Source: Candidatus Iainarchaeum sp. (lineage in GTDB: Archaea > Micrarchaeota > Micrarchaeia > Burarchaeales > Fermentimicrarchaeaceae). From it: DNA of 64,000 nt. The stretch is taken from positions 1,306-65,305 of the forward strand of contig JAQTMQ010000003.1 in NCBI GenBank assembly GCA_028714235.1, written 5' to 3'. A program made the position numbers and the translations under genes. Below the pieces are notes generated by a model, which saw nothing but the letters and a program-made list of their open reading frames with translations, searched no databases and was not told the origin of the DNA. This document shows, piece by piece, positions 58,771-64,000 of this stretch. Every line of letters starts with the position of its first letter. Position 1 is the stretch's first letter.

Positions 58771-59115
58771 CTAGTATTCGGATTGCCATTGTTCCGGGAG
58801 GCCGGAGATGGACCAGTAGCGGCCGCCCTCGCGCTTCCGCGAAGGGGCCTGCTCGGAAAGCGTTTTTTCTATCAGCCCGGAGAGCTCCTCCTCGCTCGGG
58901 ACGCGGTCCCCGAATATGCGCTCGCCGTTCAGCACGAGCCCGGGCGCGGAGAAGATTTGGAACTGGGCGGCCGCGTCCCGGTTCGCCTTCTGCTCGATGT
59001 CGAGGATGCTCGCGTGCAGCCTTCCGCGGAATTTCCTTGCGACCGCCTTCACGGCGGCCTCTATCGCGGCGCATTCGTCTGCCTTTTTCGATGATGTGAA
59101 CAGTGCGAGGTCCAT
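58771..59115 (-). CDS. Thioredoxin-fold protein lacking the full CxxC
   Basis: LFTS..ADEC, ...FQIFSAPGLVLNG (cis-Pro loop). Confidence 0.7.
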   Translation of the reverse strand: MDLALFTSSKKADECAAIEAAVKAVARKFRGRLHASILDIEQKANRDAAAQFQIFSAPGLVLNGERIFGDRVPSEEELSGLIEKTLSEQAPSRKREGGRYWSISGLPEQWQSEY

Positions 59116-59127
59116 GCGGATACCACC

Positions 59128-59787
59128 TTATGCTGGCGATTGCTGTTTTCTGGCGAGCTTCTTTTTTATTGTTTTCAGCGTGAAGAAGGTTTCGCGCTCC
59201 ATCTCGTCGAGGCGCATGGAGATGTATTTCGACTGCCGCCTGAGCCGGGGCATCACCACGTACTCGAGCGCGTTCACCCTGCGCTTCGTCTTCTCTATTT
59301 CGCGCAGGAGCTTTATGAGCGCGTTCTCTGTCTTCGCGAGCGCAATCACTGTCGCCAGGGTTTCCTCGAATGAGCCCGCGGCCTCGTCAATCTTGGCTGA
59401 CGTGCCGGTTATGCCGTAGCCGCGCTCGAACGCGGCCCGGGAGGAGTAGCCGCCCTTTATGTCCGGGACCTTCACGCCCATTATGTTCTTCACCGAGATT
59501 TCCACGTTGCTTGCCCTGCTGACCGCCATCGCCGCGTTCTCGACCTCGAGCACGCCGTGGTAGGCCTCCGCGACCGCGAGGTCCTGGTACGCGCGGGCCG
59601 CCTTCTGGTCCAGCTCGCCGCGGAGGTCGCGCGCCTTCTCGAGGATTTGGAAGAATTCGAGCACGAGGACGTCGCGCTTCTGCTTTAGGAGGCGGTGCCC
59701 CTGCACGGCTAGCTTCATCTTGTTCTTTGTGGTCATGAGCTCCATTCGGGTGGGCTTGACGGTTTCCTCCATCGCCATCCGCTTCAC
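59128..59787 (-). CDS. atpD: A/V-type ATP synthase subunit D
   Basis: [18 protein letters not shown] and [13 protein letters not shown]. Confidence 0.95.
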   Translation of the reverse strand: MKRMAMEETVKPTRMELMTTKNKMKLAVQGHRLLKQKRDVLVLEFFQILEKARDLRGELDQKAARAYQDLAVAEAYHGVLEVENAAMAVSRASNVEISVKNIMGVKVPDIKGGYSSRAAFERGYGITGTSAKIDEAAGSFEETLATVIALAKTENALIKLLREIEKTKRRVNALEYVVMPRLRRQSKYISMRLDEMERETFFTLKTIKKKLARKQQSPA

Positions 59788-61220
59788 TCCCCGGCTGCTC
59801 CCGCGGCCTCGGGCTTTTCCGCGCCCTTGACTGCCGCCGTCCGGAAGCGCTTCCCGTATTTTTCGATGTATTCGCGCTTCACACGCTTCAGCTCGGATTC
59901 CGGAAGCATCGCGAAAAGCTCCCAGCCGAGGTCCAGCGTCCCCTCTATGTCGCGGTTCTCGTGCCTGCTCTGCGTGACCACGCGCTTCTCGAACTCGTCG
60001 GCGAACTTCAGGTACTGCTTGTCCACGTCGGTGAGCGCCTCCTCGCCGACCACCGCCGAAAGCGAGCGGAGGTCGCGGCCTTCCGCGTAAGCCGCGTACA
60101 TCTGGTCCGCGGCGCCGCGGTGGTCCTCGCGCGTCCTCCCCTTCCCGATGCCCGCGTTCATCAGCCTTGAAAGCGAGGGGAGCACGTCGATCGGGGGGTA
60201 GATGCCTTTCCTGTGGAGGTCCCTGCTCACCACTATCTGGCCCTCCGTTATGTAGCCCGTGAGGTCCGGAATCGGGTGCGTGATGTCGTCGCCGGGCATG
60301 GAAAGGATTGAGAACTGGGTGACCGTCCCCTTCTTGCCCTTAATGACGCCCGCGCGCTCGTAGATGGTGGAAAGGTCGGTGTACATGTAGCCGGGGTAGC
60401 CCCGCCTCCCGGGAACTTCTTCGCGCGCGCTCGCAATCTCGCGCAGGGCCTCGCAGTAGTTCGTCATGTCCGTGATGATTACGAGCACCTGCATGTCCTT
60501 CTCGTAAGCCAAAAACTCGGCGGTCGTGAGGGCGAGCCTTGGGGTGATGATGCGCTCGACGCTCGGGTCGTCGGCAAGGTTGAGGAAGAGGACGGCCCGC
60601 TCGAGCGCGCCCGTCTTCTCGAAGTCGCGCATGAAGAAGCCCGACTCCTCGTGCGTTATGCCGATTGCCGCGAAAACGACCGCGAACGACTCCTCCTTGC
60701 CGAGCACTTTCGCCTGCCTCGCAATCTGCACCGCGATTTCGTTGTGCGGCAGGCCGGAGCCTGAGAAGATGGGAAGCTTCTGCCCCCTGACGAGCGTGTT
60801 CATGCCGTCAATCGTTGAAATGCCGGTCTGGATGAACTCGCGCGGCGGCTCGCGCGCGTAGGGGTTGATTGCGCTTCCCGAGATGTCGGACCGCTTCTCG
60901 GGAACGATTTTGGGCCCGCCGTCCCTCGGCTCGCCCAGGCCGTCGAAAACCCTGCCCAGCATGTCCGTGGAGACGCCCAGCTTCATTGTCTCGCCGAGGA
61001 AGCGCACGCTCGTCCTGTCCGTGTCCAGGCCGGTCGTGGGGCCGAAAATCTGGACGACCGCGCGGCCCCTGCTCGTCTCAAGCACCTGCCCCTTGCGGCG
61101 CTCGCCGTCCGGAAGCGTGACCTCCACGAGCTCGTTGTAGCCCACGTTTCCCACGTTTTCCACGAAAACGAGCGGGCCGGCGACCGCCGAGACTGTCCTG
61201 AATTCCTTTATCAACTTCAC
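59784..61220 (-). CDS. atpB: A/V-type ATP synthase subunit B
   Basis: [28 protein letters not shown] and [13 protein letters not shown]. Confidence 0.97.
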   Translation of the reverse strand: MKLIKEFRTVSAVAGPLVFVENVGNVGYNELVEVTLPDGERRKGQVLETSRGRAVVQIFGPTTGLDTDRTSVRFLGETMKLGVSTDMLGRVFDGLGEPRDGGPKIVPEKRSDISGSAINPYAREPPREFIQTGISTIDGMNTLVRGQKLPIFSGSGLPHNEIAVQIARQAKVLGKEESFAVVFAAIGITHEESGFFMRDFEKTGALERAVLFLNLADDPSVERIITPRLALTTAEFLAYEKDMQVLVIITDMTNYCEALREIASAREEVPGRRGYPGYMYTDLSTIYERAGVIKGKKGTVTQFSILSMPGDDITHPIPDLTGYITEGQIVVSRDLHRKGIYPPIDVLPSLSRLMNAGIGKGRTREDHRGAADQMYAAYAEGRDLRSLSAVVGEEALTDVDKQYLKFADEFEKRVVTQSRHENRDIEGTLDLGWELFAMLPESELKRVKREYIEKYGKRFRTAAVKGAEKPEAAGAAGE

Positions 61221-62998
61221 GAAACCACCCCTGCCTTGTGGGCGTCTGAAAGAAGCTTGCCGAACTCGGCTTCCGTCTGCTTCGCGACCGCGCCAATCTT
61301 CTTTTCAAACTCCGCTTCGGGCACCTCCTTGAGGCGCGAAATCTCCGCGCCGACCGGAAGCTCCTGAATCCTCTTGAGCTGGACGCCTTCGTCAATCGCC
61401 TCTATTGACTTGCCGTAAAACGAAAGGATTGCCTTGAGCATCCCGAACTGCTTCTTCATCGAGCTGTACGTGTCCACCTCGTGGAACGCGGACTGCTGCA
61501 GGTAGTCCTCGCGAATCATGCGCGTTGCGCGGAGCACCGCGCGCTCCTTTTCCGGGAGGGCGTCGGGCCCGACGAGCTGCACGATTTCCTGCAGCTCGGC
61601 CTCCTTCTGGAGCAGGGCCATCGCCTTGAGCCGGAGCTCGGGCCAGTCCTTTGAAACGTTTTCCCGGTACCACTCGTCAAGCGAGTCCGCGTAAAGCGAA
61701 TAGCTTTTCAGCCAGTGGATTGCCGGGAAGTGGCGCCTGTGCGCGAGGCTCGCGTCAAGCGCCCAGAAGACCTTCGTGACGCGCAGCGTGTTCTGCGAGA
61801 CCGGCTCGGAGATGTCGCCGCCTGGGGGCGAAACCGCGCCGATTACCGAAATCGAGCCGACCCTGTCCTCGCCGCCGGGCAGGCACTCCACCCTTCCGGC
61901 GCGCTCGTAGAACTCGGCAAGCCTGCGCGCGAGGTACGCGGGGTATCCCTCCTCGCCGGGCATCTCCTCGAGCCTGCCCGAGATTTCCCTCATCGCCTCG
62001 GCCCAGCGAGAGGTCGAGTCTGCCATGAGCGACACGTCGTACCCCATGTCGCGGTAGTACTCGGCAATCGTGATTCCCGTGTAGATGCTCGCCTCCCTCG
62101 CGGCGACCGGCATGTTCGACGTGTTCGCAATCAGGACGGTCCTCTGCATCAACGGCTTCTTCGTCTTCGGGTCCTCGAGGCGCGGGAATTCGGTGAGCAC
62201 TTCCGTCATCTCGTTTCCCCTTTCCCCGCACCCGATGTAGACCACGATTTGCGCGTCGCTCCACTTGGCGAGCGCCTGCTGGGTCACCGTCTTTCCCGAC
62301 CCGAAAGGCCCGGGAATCGCGGCCGTCCCGCCCTTCGCGATGGGGAAGAAGGTGTCGAGCACGCGCTGCCCGGTGACGAGCGGCGTGTCGGGCGGGAACC
62401 TTTTCGCGTAGGGCCTTCCCTTCCTCACGCGCCACCGCTGCATGAGCTTCACCTCGCAGGGCTTGCTTCCCGCGCTCTTGATGGTGCAGACCGTTTCCTC
62501 GACCGTGAACGAGCCCGCCTTTATGTCCGAAACCTCGCCGGAAACCCCGGGGGGAACCATCACCTTGTGGGTTATGACGTCTGTTTCCTTCACAGTCCCT
62601 ACGATTGCGCCCGGGACGACCCTGTCGCCCTTCCTCACTTTCGGGACGAACGCCCACTTCTTCCCGCGCTCAAGCGCGTTCGTGACTATTCCCCTCCGGA
62701 TGAACGCGCCCGACTCGTTCATGACCACGACGAGCGGCCTCTGGATGCCGTCGTAAATGGACGTGAGGAGCCCTGGCCCGAGCTCCACCGAAAGCGGCTC
62801 GCCCGTGTTCTCGACCGGCTCGCCGGGCCGTATTCCGCCCGTGTCCTCGTAAACCTGTATGAACGCGCGGTCGCCCTCGAGGCGGATGATTTCGCCGATG
62901 AGCTTCTCCGTGCCCACCTTGACGACGTCGTACATCTTTGCGCCACGCATGCCCGACGCGACCACGACGGGCCCGGAAATCTTTTCGAGTACTCCCAT
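61217..62998 (-). CDS. atpA: A/V-type ATP synthase subunit A
   Basis: [17 protein letters not shown] and [13 protein letters not shown]. No intein. Confidence 0.97.
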   Translation of the reverse strand: MGVLEKISGPVVVASGMRGAKMYDVVKVGTEKLIGEIIRLEGDRAFIQVYEDTGGIRPGEPVENTGEPLSVELGPGLLTSIYDGIQRPLVVVMNESGAFIRRGIVTNALERGKKWAFVPKVRKGDRVVPGAIVGTVKETDVITHKVMVPPGVSGEVSDIKAGSFTVEETVCTIKSAGSKPCEVKLMQRWRVRKGRPYAKRFPPDTPLVTGQRVLDTFFPIAKGGTAAIPGPFGSGKTVTQQALAKWSDAQIVVYIGCGERGNEMTEVLTEFPRLEDPKTKKPLMQRTVLIANTSNMPVAAREASIYTGITIAEYYRDMGYDVSLMADSTSRWAEAMREISGRLEEMPGEEGYPAYLARRLAEFYERAGRVECLPGGEDRVGSISVIGAVSPPGGDISEPVSQNTLRVTKVFWALDASLAHRRHFPAIHWLKSYSLYADSLDEWYRENVSKDWPELRLKAMALLQKEAELQEIVQLVGPDALPEKERAVLRATRMIREDYLQQSAFHEVDTYSSMKKQFGMLKAILSFYGKSIEAIDEGVQLKRIQELPVGAEISRLKEVPEAEFEKKIGAVAKQTEAEFGKLLSDAHKAGVVS

Positions 62999-63008
62999 GA
63001 AAAACACC

Positions 63009-63392
63009 CTATTTTTTTCCGCCCAGATCGAATCCCAGCGCGCGCTTTATCATTTCGCCAAGGCGCTCCGACTTCTCCGACCTGCCCGCCTTGTCCGGGA
63101 TGCCGATTACGACGGGCTTCGCGATGGACTCGATTTTTTTCTTGAGCCGCCAGTCGATTAACGAGAGGAGCGACTCGCTCACGATTATTATCCCCGCGTT
63201 CTCCCTGTCCACGAGCTCGGAAAGCTTTTTTTCCGCGGCCGCCCCCTCTGCGACGTAAGCCTCCGTGACCCCCGCGAGCCTGAAGCCCATCACCATGACG
63301 GGGTCGCCTATGACTATTATCTTGTCGGGAAGAACCGGGAGGGGAGGCGCCGCCTCTCCCTTCACCCTTATGAGCGTTATGTCCTCCTTCAT
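63009..63392 (-). CDS. atpF: A/V-type ATP synthase subunit F
   Basis: KIIVIGD....GFRLAG and IKRALGFDL. Confidence 0.9.
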   Translation of the reverse strand: MKEDITLIRVKGEAAPPLPVLPDKIIVIGDPVMVMGFRLAGVTEAYVAEGAAAEKKLSELVDRENAGIIIVSESLLSLIDWRLKKKIESIAKPVVIGIPDKAGRSEKSERLGEMIKRALGFDLGGKK

Positions 63393-63423
63393 TCCGGGCG
63401 CGTTTCCAGCCAATTGCAAAACC

Positions 63424-64000
63424 TCAGTCCGCGAAGACGAGCGTGCCGCGGATTTTCGCGGGCGGCAGGTTGAACTCCTTGCCGCGCACAATCTTCCTGA
63501 CGTTGTTCACCTCGTTCTCCTTGAGCAGGAGGTAGCCGACGAGCACGCCTGGCGAGAGCACGCTCATGCGAAGCGTCCTGAAGCCTAGCCTGAGGACCCT
63601 GCGCTCAAGCTCGGTCTCCATGTTCACGAGCGACGCCTTCCGCCCGCCCGGCTCGAGCGGGGTGAGCCCGAACCGCTCCATCACCGCCTTGAACGCCTCA
63701 TCCGTGGTCGGGGCCTGGATGAAGCGGTTGAGCTCGTGCGCCGTCAGCGTGCCGCCTCCGATGACGTACGACCTTATCTTCGCCTCGCTTGCGCCCTCGC
63801 GCTTGCCGCGCAGTATGTTCACCGCGTTCCGGTTGTCGATGCTCGCCCTCACCACGGCGAGAATCCTTTCGCCGTCGGGAATGCGCGGCGAGACCGCGCC
63901 CGAGAGCTTTGCGTAAAAATGCTTTTCAACCGCGTTGAGGAGCGGCTGGATGTTCTTGGACTTCTTGTACTCCGCGAGCAGCGGCTCGAGCGCCTCGCCG
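63424..64000 (-). CDS. atpC: A/V-type ATP synthase subunit C (partial)
   Basis: IDNRNAVNILRGK and GYLLLKENEVNNVRKI, plus its position in the atp operon. Confidence 0.88.
   Translation of the reverse strand, partial: GEALEPLLAEYKKSKNIQPLLNAVEKHFYAKLSGAVSPRIPDGERILAVVRASIDNRNAVNILRGKREGASEAKIRSYVIGGGTLTAHELNRFIQAPTTDEAFKAVMERFGLTPLEPGGRKASLVNMETELERRVLRLGFRTLRMSVLSPGVLVGYLLLKENEVNNVRKIVRGKEFNLPPAKIRGTLVFAD

Noticed and set aside
61217-62998. Inteins in atpA or rfcS (common archaeal intein hosts)
   Set aside because: Both have normal lengths and uninterrupted motifs.

Overview
GC-rich archaeal chromosomal segment (roughly 63-65% GC by eye). Archaeal markers include A1Ao-ATPase C/F/A/B/D, RFC small subunit, pelota, ABCE1, Dph6, archaeal-type IleRS and TATA-like promoters. 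The gene content suggests a DPANN lineage such as Micrarchaeota, but that is an inference. The left ~27 kb (1-26,950, all minus strand) is a coherent envelope-machine locus resembling a Ced/Ted- or T4SS-like system. It holds three VirB2/CedA1-like pilins, six tandem paralogous VirB6/CedA-like membrane proteins and two paralogous membrane proteins resembling a split VirB3/VirB4 N-terminal half. It also holds a VirB4/HerA-type ATPase, a small protein that duplicates that ATPase's C-terminal domain, several accessory proteins, and a giant (~3,100-codon) Cys-rich surface protein whose reading frame is broken by a single in-frame TAA. No relaxase, integrase or transposase is visible. The right ~37 kb is mostly housekeeping, plus two GT-C glycosyltransferases and a SAM-by-product/nucleoside salvage cluster (three PfkB kinases, MtaD/DadD-like deaminase, class II aldolase, AhcY). 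No tRNA, rRNA or CRISPR array was seen.
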